DNA from: a bacterium
GTDB lineage: Bacteria > Patescibacteriota > Minisyncoccia > UBA6257 > UBA9933
DNA: 64,000 nt
Reading direction: 5' to 3'
Assembly: GCA_021796335.1 (NCBI GenBank)
Contig: JAJYHZ010000001.1
Location: forward strand, 80,360 to 144,359
Positions 37,935-50,995 of the stretch are shown in pieces. Numbering within the stretch: position 1 is the first letter of the stretch; each line of letters starts with the position of its first letter. A program made the position numbers and the translations under genes. Below the pieces are notes generated by a model. The model ran no database searches and was not told where the DNA came from. It saw nothing but the letters and a program-made list of their open reading frames with translations.

Positions 37935-38537
37935 ATGAAATATGAATTTATAGCCGTAGATATTCAAAATGAATTTGCTGCTAAGGGCGGAAAGTTTTAT
38001 TCTCCTAAACCCTCAATTGTATTTCTTAATAAAACTTTATTCCCATTTTTCAAAAAGCACACTATTAAAATAAACGAGATAATTTCTGATTATCGTCAAC
38101 CAAGGCCTGGCGATGGCGGTGATGGTTGTTATCCGGGTGAATGGGGTTATCAGTCCTTAATTCCCGATAATTTAAGGAAATCGCTTTGGATTAAATGTAT
38201 GAACTCGCCGATTTGGATCAGAAAATATATCGGAATCAAAAGTAAAAAACCGGGTCTGCCATATCCTGATTCAAATGCATTTGGGAAGTGGATAGAAAAG
38301 AACATCGGAAAACCAAATGAAATAATCCCGGTTATTTTTGGATTAACCATTGATTGTTGTGTTTTATCAGTTATTCAAGAATTTAAATGGAGAGGTTTTA
38401 AGTCAATAATAATAAAAGAAGCTATTGATCATGCGAGTGGTAAAGAAAAGGATAAAAATGCAGTCTTAAATAAAACCGCAATAAATTGGTGGGCAAAGGT
38501 AATGAAATGGAATGAATTTATTAAAACCATAAAATAA
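37935..38537 (+). CDS. isochorismatase/cysteine hydrolase family protein
   Basis: AVDIQNEF and GLTIDCCV motifs; the ORF-track start 37782 lies inside the tRNA, so ATG 37935 is used. Confidence 0.8.
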   Translation: MKYEFIAVDIQNEFAAKGGKFYSPKPSIVFLNKTLFPFFKKHTIKINEIISDYRQPRPGDGGDGCYPGEWGYQSLIPDNLRKSLWIKCMNSPIWIRKYIGIKSKKPGLPYPDSNAFGKWIEKNIGKPNEIIPVIFGLTIDCCVLSVIQEFKWRGFKSIIIKEAIDHASGKEKDKNAVLNKTAINWWAKVMKWNEFIKTIK

Positions 38538-38545
38538 AAAAAGAG

Positions 38546-38896
38546 CTACCTAGCTCTTTTTTTATTTTTCTTCTTGCTTTCAATGAGTAATTTTTCAATT
38601 TTCCCGGCTTCTTCTGGACCGTAATCAATTTCAAATCTTATTTGGGGCAAAGTATTTATGCGAATTTTTTTCATTAATAAATACTGAATTTGATTTCGAT
38701 TTTTACCCAAGTATTTTAAAATGTCTGGAGCTTTTTCCGAAGGAATCAGGCTGAATTTCACTTTTGCGGTTTTATATTCTTTGTCGGACTCAACTCCGGT
38801 AATTGTCACCAACGCGTCAAACTCAAATTCTTTTAGTAGTATTTTTGAAAGTTCTTCTCGTATCAAACTTTCTAAACGTTCTTTTTTGTATGCCAT
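38546..38896 (-). CDS. rbfA: ribosome-binding factor A
   Basis: ERLESLIREELS..VTITGV..PQIRF; follows infB. Confidence 0.9.
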   Translation of the reverse strand: MAYKKERLESLIREELSKILLKEFEFDALVTITGVESDKEYKTAKVKFSLIPSEKAPDILKYLGKNRNQIQYLLMKKIRINTLPQIRFEIDYGPEEAGKIEKLLIESKKKNKKRAR

Positions 38897-38952
38897 ATTT
38901 GTTTACTATCACGCATGATAGTACGCTAAATTTAAATTTGGGTTTTTTGAAT

Positions 38953-40407
38953 TTATCTGTAGTACAAAAGATGATCGCCGATTTCGATTACATTTCCGGA
39001 TTCAACTAATATTCCGCATTCATTCGGAGAATTTACCTGCAAAACTTCTTGTTTGCCTTGTCTGAGATTCGCTATTCTCGCTGATCCGATTCCTTCTCCG
39101 TCCCTGATTATTTTTATGGGAATATTTACTTTTATAAAGCCGTTTAAAACTTTTCCGCCTATTAGTTGGGTTTTGCCTTTATGACTGAATTTCGCCAAAA
39201 TTTCCACTTCGCCCAACGGCGCCGGTTTTTCAATGGCTTTCATTTCATCTTCAATGGATTTAACTAATTCGTAAATTATTTTACTTGTGATGATTTTAAT
39301 GTCCTGGGATTTTGCCAAATTTTCCGCTGCTTTATTAGGCTTGTTATTAAATCCGATTATAATTGCTCCATTTGTTGCTGCCCCTTTTACGTCTCCGTCA
39401 GTTATTTCTCCGACTGATTCTGATAAGATATTTATTCTGACTGCTTCTTGCGGGAGGTTTTTAATGATGCTGACCATAGCTTCCAATGACCCGCTGACAT
39501 CAGCCTTCATAATAAGATTTAAAGACGGTCTTTTGTCTGCCGGCTCGATTCCAGTCATTTTTCTGATCCGGGTTTGTTCTTTGGTTTGCGCAATAATCGG
39601 TTCGATATCTCCGGAAGTGAATTCTTCGCCAATCTCCGGTAAAGTGTCAAAACCTAAAATCAAAGCAGGGGATGAAGGAATAAGTTGATTTACCCGTTCT
39701 CCCGCGAAATTTTCTAGCACTTTTACTTTTCCGCAGGCATGCGGGGTTGAAATATATTTTCCGGATTTCAAAATCCCGTCCTTTAATATCCCGATTGCGG
39801 TTATTCCTCTTCTGCTGTCCAATTTCGCCTCTATTATTATTCCTTTCGCGTCCGCTTGCGTATCGTAAGTTAGATTTTCCAAATCAGCCGCCAAAATTAT
39901 TAAATCCAGCAGCTCGTTTACGCCGTTTCCTTGCTTGGCGGAAATTTGCTGCCAGCTTATATTGCCTCCGAACCCCTCAAGATAAACTTCATTTTGCATT
40001 AAATCGTTTTTTGTTTTTTCAACATCCGCATTGGGTTTGTCGACTTTGTTGATTGCAACAATAAAAGGAGTTTTTGTTTCCTTTAAAATCTGGATTGATT
40101 CTTTTGTCTGCGGCTGTACGCCGTCATCTGCTGCAACGATTAAAATCGCTAAATCTGCAACCTGAGCTCCGCGCGCGCGCATTTTTGAAAACGCTTCATG
40201 TCCGGGAGTATCTATAAAGGTAATTATTTTCCCGTTGTGAAAAATTTCATAAGCTCCGATTGACTGGGTGATTCCTCCTGCTTCGCGAGCCGCCACATTT
40301 GTTTTTTTAATGTAATCCAAAAGAGTGGTCTTTCCATGGTCAACATGGCCCATCACAACTACAACAGGCGAACGCGGTAACAATTTTTTTTCTTGTGTTT
40401 CTGCCAT
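38953..40407 (-). CDS. infB: translation initiation factor IF-2 (no N-terminal domain)
   Basis: MGHVDHGKTTLLD, GGITQ, DTPGHEAF and KADVSGSLEA motifs. Confidence 0.97.
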   Translation of the reverse strand: MAETQEKKLLPRSPVVVVMGHVDHGKTTLLDYIKKTNVAAREAGGITQSIGAYEIFHNGKIITFIDTPGHEAFSKMRARGAQVADLAILIVAADDGVQPQTKESIQILKETKTPFIVAINKVDKPNADVEKTKNDLMQNEVYLEGFGGNISWQQISAKQGNGVNELLDLIILAADLENLTYDTQADAKGIIIEAKLDSRRGITAIGILKDGILKSGKYISTPHACGKVKVLENFAGERVNQLIPSSPALILGFDTLPEIGEEFTSGDIEPIIAQTKEQTRIRKMTGIEPADKRPSLNLIMKADVSGSLEAMVSIIKNLPQEAVRINILSESVGEITDGDVKGAATNGAIIIGFNNKPNKAAENLAKSQDIKIITSKIIYELVKSIEDEMKAIEKPAPLGEVEILAKFSHKGKTQLIGGKVLNGFIKVNIPIKIIRDGEGIGSARIANLRQGKQEVLQVNSPNECGILVESGNVIEIGDHLLYYR

Positions 40408-40510
40408 AAGATAAGTAAATTAAATGCCCAAAGTTGTACTTTGGACTTCGATATTATAAACTTAGCAAAGAAATTAAAAATAATCAATCATTTTTTGTAA
40501 AGGAGGAAAG

Positions 40511-40714
40511 TTGAAAAAGAAATACGAAAATATAATTTATACTGACGGGACGAAAGGGAAAATTCGTTTAAGCGACGGGTTTGATGTAAAAAATCCCACA
40601 TATCCGTGGTTTTGTAAGATATGCGGAAAAGAATATCCGGAGGTTGAAGTATGTTGCGGCCAAATAACAGTGACCGCAGCGCCTCCGTATATCAGCATGG
40701 AATATATGTGGTAA
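40511..40714 (+). CDS. small Cys-rich hypothetical protein
   Basis: AGGAGG SD; TTG start; CKIC..CC. Confidence 0.55.
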   Translation: MKKKYENIIYTDGTKGKIRLSDGFDVKNPTYPWFCKICGKEYPEVEVCCGQITVTAAPPYISMEYMW

Positions 40715-40737
40715 TTAAGACGCAAAGGAGGGAGATT

Positions 40738-40875
40738 ATGGAAAGCGGAGAAGAGGATGGTATTGTCATTGAAGGAGAAGAAATATCGGGTGACGAATTT
40801 CAGGATAATGATTTTCTCCTGAAAAAACCTTTAACAACGCCAATAATTCCGCCGCCTGGCTGTGTTTTTATTTAA
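40738..40875 (+). CDS. small acidic hypothetical protein
   Basis: AGGAGG SD before ATG 40738; terminator at ~40887-40916. Confidence 0.45.
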   Translation: MESGEEDGIVIEGEEISGDEFQDNDFLLKKPLTTPIIPPPGCVFI

Positions 40876-40926
40876 GAAATTAATTTAATGGGAGCCTTAT
40901 AGGCTCCCATTCTTTTCTCCCAAATT

Positions 40927-41436
40927 CTAATTACCAATTACTGCTAATTGTTTTATAAACCTCTTCGCCATTACAATATCGTAATCAGGTCTTGAAAGCA
41001 GTTCTAATTTATGTTCAACAACTCCCTTTAAAATAGAATTTAATTCCGGATTGTCAGCCGCATGAATTATATTTCCGTTCCCCGTGTAAATCGCCAAATG
41101 GCCGATATAGATTTTTCTTCCCGGAAATAATTTATGATGATAATGTCCTTTTGTTCCTTCAAAAAATAAAATATCTCCGGGCTGAATTTGATCAGCAGGA
41201 ATTTCTTCTCCTAATTCCGAAGCTGCTTGCAAGATAGAAGAGCGGGGAATTTCGATTCCGATTTGTTTAAATAAATATTGCGAGAAAGAAGAGCAGTCAA
41301 AACCATCCGGTTTTTCGCCGTTGTCTGCTTGGTTGTAGGCTCCATATTTATATGGGGTGCCAATAAAACTTCGTGCAATTTCAACTAATCTTTTAACTTT
41401 TTCTTCTTTATTTGTAATTTGGGTTCCTTGTAGCAT
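40927..41436 (-). CDS. NlpC/P60 peptidoglycan endopeptidase
   Basis: GTPYKYG..FDCSSF..PGDILFF..HLAIY..IIHA motifs. Confidence 0.92.
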   Translation of the reverse strand: MLQGTQITNKEEKVKRLVEIARSFIGTPYKYGAYNQADNGEKPDGFDCSSFSQYLFKQIGIEIPRSSILQAASELGEEIPADQIQPGDILFFEGTKGHYHHKLFPGRKIYIGHLAIYTGNGNIIHAADNPELNSILKGVVEHKLELLSRPDYDIVMAKRFIKQLAVIGN

Positions 41437-42130
41437 GGAAACTTTGATTATTAGAATTTGGAAATTCCTGGATAAAATTTAGAGCATTTTCATTTTTTAA
41501 TTCTTCTAAAACCTCTTTTAGAATTTTGTGGACCCGTTTTATGTAAATTTTATCATAATTTCCGGTTTGGCGCGGATTAACTGATTTATTATTTAAATAA
41601 TAACCGCAACCGTCAATGTCAAAACTTTGCCCCTTTGAATGCGAACTTCCTTCCAAAGCAAGCTTGCCCCGGCTGATTAGATCCTTCTGATATTCCCTGC
41701 TTATTAAAAGGTTGGTAATCGCCAATTTGATTTCTTCAGGCAGATTTTCAGCGCGCATTTTTTCTCTCCATCTTTGGCCGACTTTCTTTAATAATAAGGC
41801 TGTTTCTTTCGGCAAATACGGCTGCCACTCCGTAAACTCGTCGCTTTCCAGCCTCATTATTAATTTTAAATTTTCATCGGAATTGATTTCAACTAAATTA
41901 CCGTTATTTATATCCGAAATAATTTGATTTAAATTTTCATAAGCAGGCGAATTAACCCACCAATTTTTTTCATTTTCAACATCACTCTTTATTGAATTAA
42001 AATCCTGCTCCTTAGCTTTTTTGTTCGAAGTAAAAAGCAAATCCTTCAAAAGATTTTTATCTTCTTCGTTTGAAAGGGAAATTAGAGTGCCTTCCAGAAA
42101 TTTCTTTTTAATTTCATCGCTTTTATTCAT
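41408..42130 (-). CDS. hypothetical protein, DUF5715/peptidase-M15-like
   Basis: SSHSKGQSFDI and FH motifs; overlaps the NlpC/P60 gene. Confidence 0.6.
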   Translation of the reverse strand: MNKSDEIKKKFLEGTLISLSNEEDKNLLKDLLFTSNKKAKEQDFNSIKSDVENEKNWWVNSPAYENLNQIISDINNGNLVEINSDENLKLIMRLESDEFTEWQPYLPKETALLLKKVGQRWREKMRAENLPEEIKLAITNLLISREYQKDLISRGKLALEGSSHSKGQSFDIDGCGYYLNNKSVNPRQTGNYDKIYIKRVHKILKEVLEELKNENALNFIQEFPNSNNQSFHATRNPNYK

Positions 42131-42222
42131 TAATGTGATTGTATTTCATTTCTTTATTTAAAATCAAACCGAATTAGAAAGTTAAGGGTTTACAAAAAGC
42201 AGATATTTGTTTACTATAAGTA

Positions 42223-42296
<74 letters not shown>

Positions 42297-42380
42297 CATT
42301 TTTTTAAATAAAATCCGCGCGCATGCGGATTTTATTTTCTTGAAAATTATTTAATTTTTAAGCTATACTTTTTCAAACGC

Positions 42381-42452
42381 GTCGGCGTAGCTCAGTGGTA
42401 GAGCGAGGGACTCATAAACCCTAGGCCGGAGGTCCGATTCCTCCCGCCGACA
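42381..42452 (+). tRNA. tRNA(CAT), elongator Met or Ile2
   Basis: cloverleaf; anticodon loop CTCATAA; atypical T-loop TCCGA. Confidence 0.85.
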
Positions 42453-42507
42453 CACTTGTTATAAAAACTGCCCCACCGAAATGGCAGGGCAGAAGAAATA
42501 TTTGAGA

Positions 42508-43002
42508 TTAGTGGTCCCAAACGGGAATTGCCTTTTCAAACAGTTTGAATAAGTCTCTCGCATATTTCGAGAGATTATCTGAATTCAGATCGTAATCTCC
42601 CTTGAGATAACGATCTAGGATTTTGAGATCAAAAGCCGCGCTCTTAAGATACTTTGATGCAAGGGGGTGGAAATTCCCTTCGGAAAGAAGGCAAAGGGTA
42701 TGCAGGGTTAGCCCGTAGTCTTCCAAACGCCAAACAGGGCCAGCCAGAGACATTAAGGCATAGTGTATAACCTTAGTCTTATTGGGTTCCGGCGTTTCTT
42801 CCTCTTCAATAACAGTAGCAAGAGTATCGCCTAGAACTCTGATTGGGTAATCACGCTCGGAATTAAACGAATTAAGTATTTTATCATTTTCCGCCTTGAC
42901 AGCTTCGCGGAAAAAAATATTATCTATCATAACTCCGATTACCGGCCAATTTGAATAAAGCATAAATAAAACTTCTCCCGGTTCATAAGGTTTTCTTTTC
43001 AA
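42508..43002 (-). CDS. hypothetical protein
   Basis: GGAGGTGA SD; TTG start; TTGACT-N17-TTAAAT; hairpin at ~42468-42492. Confidence 0.7.
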   Translation of the reverse strand: MKRKPYEPGEVLFMLYSNWPVIGVMIDNIFFREAVKAENDKILNSFNSERDYPIRVLGDTLATVIEEEETPEPNKTKVIHYALMSLAGPVWRLEDYGLTLHTLCLLSEGNFHPLASKYLKSAAFDLKILDRYLKGDYDLNSDNLSKYARDLFKLFEKAIPVWDH

Positions 43003-43118
43003 TTCTCACCTCCAAGGTATATTTTAAATATAATGCTCTGAGTCTATTTAAATATCAATTTTTGAATTAGTCAATGGATTGAAAATTCAGAAAAAATAAC
43101 CTAAACTATTCAGTAATC

Positions 43119-44360
43119 ATGCGCCAATCACAATTATTTACAAAAACAAAAAGAGAAGCTCCAAAAGACGAAGAATCAATTAATGCGCAACTTCTTATTC
43201 GCGCTGGTTATGTTGATAAGTTAATGGCAGGTGTTTACACTTTTTTGCCTCTTGGTTTCCGCGTTTTAAAAAAAATTGAAAAAATAATTCGCGAAGAAAT
43301 GGAAAATTTGGGTGGTCAAGAAATTTTAATGCCAGCCCTTCAATCAAAGTCAAACTGGGAAACAACCGGCCGATGGGATGCTTTAGATTCTTTAATTAAA
43401 TTCACAACCTTTTACACTAAAAATGAATATGCTCTTGGTCCAACTCATGAAGAAATAGTTTCTCCCTTAATGAAAAAATTTATTCTTTCTTATAAAGATT
43501 TGCCGACCGCAGTTTTCCAAATACAGGACAAATTTAGAGACGAAAAGCGAGCTAAATCCGGACTTTTGCGTGGCCGCGAATTTATTATGAAAGATTTGTA
43601 TTCTTTCCATAAAAATTCTGAAGATTTAGATAGATATTACGAAAAATCAAAAAAAGTTTATGCAAATATTTTTAAAAAAGTGGGATTGGGCAAAATTACT
43701 TTTTTAACATTTGCTTCTGGCGGAACATTTTCAAAATATTCCCATGAATTTCAGACATTAACTCTAGCCGGAGAAGATATTATTTACATTTGCGAAAAAT
43801 GCAATGTTGCAATTAATAAAGAAATTATTAACGAACAAAACTCCTGTCCTCAATGCGGTGCAAAAGATTTAAAAGAAGAAAAAGCAGTTGAAGTCGGAAA
43901 CATTTTTAAGCTCAACACTAAATATTCCAAACCATTTAATTTGGTTTATAAAGACGAAAAAGGAACCGAACAAGATGTGATTATGGGTTGTTATGGAATT
44001 GGGTTAAGTCGTTTAATGGGAGCGATCGTTGAAGCTCTTCATGACGAAAGAGGAATTATTTGGCCTGGATCAGTTGCTCCATTTAAAGTTCATTTGCTTA
44101 GCTTGAAATCGCAAAATTCGAAAGTTAAGGTATTTGCTGAAAAAATTTACAAAGATTTACAGAAAGAAGGAATTGAGGTACTATTTGATGATCGAGATGA
44201 AGTCACTATTGGCGAGAAATTTGCAGATAGCGATTTGATTGGAATTCCATATAGAGCGGTTATAAGCGATAAAACAGGAACTAAAATTGAACTTAAAAAA
44301 CGTAGCGAAAGCAAAACGAAGTTAATAACTGGAAAAGACTTGATTAAATTCTTAAAATAA
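43119..44360 (+). CDS. proS: prolyl-tRNA synthetase (short form)
   Basis: LGPTHEE, FRDEKR..GLLRGREF.MKD and MGCYGIG motifs. Confidence 0.96.
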   Translation: MRQSQLFTKTKREAPKDEESINAQLLIRAGYVDKLMAGVYTFLPLGFRVLKKIEKIIREEMENLGGQEILMPALQSKSNWETTGRWDALDSLIKFTTFYTKNEYALGPTHEEIVSPLMKKFILSYKDLPTAVFQIQDKFRDEKRAKSGLLRGREFIMKDLYSFHKNSEDLDRYYEKSKKVYANIFKKVGLGKITFLTFASGGTFSKYSHEFQTLTLAGEDIIYICEKCNVAINKEIINEQNSCPQCGAKDLKEEKAVEVGNIFKLNTKYSKPFNLVYKDEKGTEQDVIMGCYGIGLSRLMGAIVEALHDERGIIWPGSVAPFKVHLLSLKSQNSKVKVFAEKIYKDLQKEGIEVLFDDRDEVTIGEKFADSDLIGIPYRAVISDKTGTKIELKKRSESKTKLITGKDLIKFLK

Positions 44361-44405
44361 AGTTAAGTTGAGCTTATTAACTCAACTAAAATTTAAGTTG
44401 CTAAA

Positions 44406-45443
44406 ATGTTAAATTATTTCAAAAAAGATATTGGAATTGATTTAGGCACTGCCAACTCTCTTCTATATATAAAGGAAAGGGGGATTGTCATCAGCGAACC
44501 TTCCATTGCGGCTATTAATAATAAAACCGGCCAGATCGTTGCCATCGGCGAAGATGCCAAAAAAATGCTTGGCCGCACTCCCGCACACATTTCCGTAATC
44601 AAGCCGCTGGTAAACGGAGTTATTTCCGATTTTGAAATGACTCAAGAAATGCTGCGTCATTTTTTGAAAAAAATTAACGACAATAAATTTTTTAACTATT
44701 ATCGCGCGGTTGTCGGCGTTCCTCCGAACCTTACCGAAGTTGAAAGAAAATCTGTCGAAGATGCCGTTATTAATGCCGGAGCTGCTAAGGCGTTTTTAGT
44801 GGAAGAGCCCGTTGCCGCCGCATTGGGCGCCCGTCTCCCCATTAGTGAGGCGATTGCCACCATGGTTGTCGATATCGGAGGAGGTACAACAGATATAGCC
44901 ATTATTTCCATGAACGGATCGGTTATCAGCAAAAGCTTGAAGGTTGCCGGCGATAAATTTAACGATGACATTGTCCGTTTCATTCGCGACGAATTCAAAT
45001 TATTAATCGGCGAGCCCACTGCCGAAGAATTGAAAAAAGCGGTCGGGTCGGCTATTCCTTTGGAAGAAAGATTAGAATTGCCTATTCGCGGCCGCGACAT
45101 GGGAACCGGTTTGCCTAGGGAAATTATTGTAAAAAACACCCAGATTCGCGCAGCTATTAGCAGATCATTGCGCTTGATCGTGGATGCAATTAAAGAAGTT
45201 ATCGAAAAAACTCCGCCTGAACTGGTCGGAGATATTTACAGGCGCGGAATTTATATTTGCGGAGGAGGGAGCTTGTTGCGAGGAATTGACCAATTAGTTG
45301 AAAAAGAAGTTCTAGTCCCGGTTAATGTTATTGAAGAGCCGCTGACTGCCGTTGTTCGCGGCACCGGGGTTATTGCCGAAGATATTGAAAATTATTCTCA
45401 GCTTTTTGCCACATCTCTTAAGCCGCTTGATATTAGCATTTGA
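44406..45443 (+). CDS. mreB: rod shape-determining protein MreB
   Basis: GIDLGTAN, VDIGGGTT and GGGSLL motifs. Confidence 0.97.
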   Translation: MLNYFKKDIGIDLGTANSLLYIKERGIVISEPSIAAINNKTGQIVAIGEDAKKMLGRTPAHISVIKPLVNGVISDFEMTQEMLRHFLKKINDNKFFNYYRAVVGVPPNLTEVERKSVEDAVINAGAAKAFLVEEPVAAALGARLPISEAIATMVVDIGGGTTDIAIISMNGSVISKSLKVAGDKFNDDIVRFIRDEFKLLIGEPTAEELKKAVGSAIPLEERLELPIRGRDMGTGLPREIIVKNTQIRAAISRSLRLIVDAIKEVIEKTPPELVGDIYRRGIYICGGGSLLRGIDQLVEKEVLVPVNVIEEPLTAVVRGTGVIAEDIENYSQLFATSLKPLDISI

Positions 45444-45517
45444 ATCAGCTAATATCGAATGGCTTATGACTTATGGCAAATTCGCTTTTTTATTGGCTAT
45501 TTGCGGTTAGTTAAATT

Positions 45518-46195
45518 ATGAAAAAATCCTGGTTGGCAATCTTATTAGTCATTGTCTCCGTAATTATTATTTTTGGAACCACCTTTTTCTTTGATAAGAA
45601 TATTTTTGCCGCTCCGCTTAACATTATTCGAAATTATTCGCAGTCAGATCTTCTTCAGGAAAACGCCGACCTTAAAATGGAAAATGAAAACTTAAAAGCG
45701 CAAATTCAAAAAAATCAAGTTTTTTGCGCTTCGGAAAATAACCAAAATTCTAGCGCTATAATTGCACGGGTATATTCTACTTATCCGTTTAATTTTAAAA
45801 ATACTGTAACGATTAATAAAGGAAGCAAACAGGGAATAAATAAAGGAATGATTGCATACTGGGGCGACAATATTTTAATAGGTCAGGTTACGGATGTTTA
45901 TGATGATTATTCAGTCATTAAAACCGTTTTCGATCCAAATTGGCAACTGCCCGTAAAAATCGGCAATGATAAGATTAATGGATTATTCAAAGGAGGCAAT
46001 ACGCCTAAAATTACTTTAATTGAAAAACCGATTAATTCCGGAGATCCTGTTTTTACGGCTTCCAGCGATTTTCCGCTTGATTTGAAAATAGGGGAAATTC
46101 AAAATATAAAACAATCCGCCGGAGGCGTATTTGAAGAAGCGACTATAAAAACCCCTTATAACTTTAATGAGATTGAGGATATTTTTGTAAAATAA
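45518..46195 (+). CDS. mreC: rod shape-determining protein MreC
   Basis: TM, coiled coil, INKGSKQGI and FP.DLKIG; follows mreB. Confidence 0.88.
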   Translation: MKKSWLAILLVIVSVIIIFGTTFFFDKNIFAAPLNIIRNYSQSDLLQENADLKMENENLKAQIQKNQVFCASENNQNSSAIIARVYSTYPFNFKNTVTINKGSKQGINKGMIAYWGDNILIGQVTDVYDDYSVIKTVFDPNWQLPVKIGNDKINGLFKGGNTPKITLIEKPINSGDPVFTASSDFPLDLKIGEIQNIKQSAGGVFEEATIKTPYNFNEIEDIFVK

Positions 46196-46232
46196 AAATC
46201 CGGCACTCCATCTGAAACAGACAAAGTGCCGG

Positions 46233-46736
46233 TTAAAAAATTTCGTACCTCGCACGAATTTCCTCCGCCTCCTTTGGAGTGATATAGGAATTTTGAGCAT
46301 CGCCGTTTGAACCAACTTTTATTAGATGCGGTTCATACGGGAGTTTAACACTCATGAAAATTGCTTTGCCGCGAATTTTCTGATCGGTAAGTAAATCAGA
46401 AAAATAATCATCAAGAAATCTCTCGATTTTTTCCGCTTCTCCCCAAAACGGAAAATGCAGGGCAAGCAGGACATCATTTTGATGGATCGAATTAAGTAGA
46501 ATTGAGAGGACTATTTTTTGATTCTTATGGACTAATGCCGCGGGAGAAAATCGAGATGATCTTATAAATCTTTCTGTATCCACTCTCTTTAAAATAGGAT
46601 TTATCTGGCTGACTACTCTTTTTCGGATGTCTTGGTAAAGCTGTTGACTGACCTGAATTAATCCGCTTCCTTGTGATGGGAGTAGATATTGTTGATTATC
46701 GTCTCTTAAATTTATTCTTCGTTCTACTATAAACAA
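46233..46736 (-). CDS. hypothetical protein
   Basis: AGGAGGTG SD; TTG start; TTGACA-N17-TATTAA; hairpin at ~46200-46232. Confidence 0.7.
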   Translation of the reverse strand: MFIVERRINLRDDNQQYLLPSQGSGLIQVSQQLYQDIRKRVVSQINPILKRVDTERFIRSSRFSPAALVHKNQKIVLSILLNSIHQNDVLLALHFPFWGEAEKIERFLDDYFSDLLTDQKIRGKAIFMSVKLPYEPHLIKVGSNGDAQNSYITPKEAEEIRARYEIF

Positions 46737-46872
46737 TTCGTGCCACCTCCTTTCTGCTTTTTGTTTAATAGGTAAACTGCTACTTTATTAATAAAGTAAT
46801 CGCGTACAGCTGTCAAAGAAGATTTTGGGATAACATGTTGATAAAATAGCTTATTTCCAGGAGTTTTTAGGC

Positions 46873-46900
46873 TTGACAAATATATTCATATAATTATACT
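46873..46900 (+). promoter_or_regulatory. sigma70 promoter of the 23S-5S locus
   Basis: TTGACA-N16-TATACT. Confidence 0.7.
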
Positions 46901-47182
46901 TAATCCTATGATAACTGTTGTAAAACGGAAGCGCGGATAAATCGGCAAATTTCGTGTTGGCCGGTTGTCCGCCACGAGGCGGATTTTTGTTTCTAAAAGA
47001 AACAACCCCGAGTAAAATCAAAGGGTTAATCCAAAATCAAAAACTGAAACGATAGTATTGACAGAATCATTGAAAATTTAATATTTATTCCATGCATAAC
47101 ATAAAATGTATGTGTGGAAGTCAACAATCATAACAAAATACAAATAAGAATTTTGTTTTCTGGGTAAAATAATCCCAAAAGA

Positions 47183-50373
<3,191 letters not shown>

Positions 50374-50466
50374 CTTTTGGGTCTTTTACCCGGAAAGCAA
50401 AATTCTTATTTGTTTAGGTTTATCCAATACATAATTTATTATGCTGTTGGATTAAAATTTTCGTTT

Positions 50467-50581
50467 ACCGGTGTTTAACTCGGGTGTGGCCCACTGCTTC
50501 CCATTTCGAACAGAATAGTGAAAGCGCTTGAGCCTCATGATACTAACTGCTTCGGCGGTTGGGAAAGTAGGGTACGCCGGT
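50467..50581 (+). rRNA. rrf: 5S rRNA
   Basis: CCCATTTCGAAC..GTGAAA..GATACT..GGGAAAGTAGG; terminal helix ACCGG/CCGGT. Confidence 0.93.
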
Positions 50582-50640
50582 ATGCGAAAGTTTTAATCTG
50601 ATGCAAAAATCCTCAAACGGGAATTTTGTATTTTTGTTTT

Positions 50641-50678
50641 TAATCGTATATCTTGACGATCGTCAAGATATACGATTA
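50641..50678. repeat. perfect 38-bp palindrome, copy 2
   Basis: identical to 13706-13743. Confidence 0.95.
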
Positions 50679-50995
50679 TTTAATTAATCTATAAACCCCA
50701 GGTGTAACCGGGGCGTGCCATATAATTGATTTCAATCTCCATAATAATACTTTATGCTGCGAACAAATTTATATAATTTAGATAAAATAATTCATTAATT
50801 ATCACAGAATAGCCGGCGATAAAGCCGGCAAAAACAATGCCATCGGACGGTCAGTCTGATGGCCGTTTACTTTAACAAGGAAAAAACCAAGAGAAATATA
50901 AATCCTGTTGTTAACGGGACTTTTTTAATTTAGAAATATTTTTTATACTTATATAAATTTGCAATTTTCAATCTGCAATCTTGCAATTAAAAATC

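Noticed and set aside
50680-50940. Hairpins and a minus-strand stretch resembling a PAP2 C-terminus (PSD..FAGFIAG)
   Set aside because: Too short and broken to support either a pseudogene or an ncRNA call
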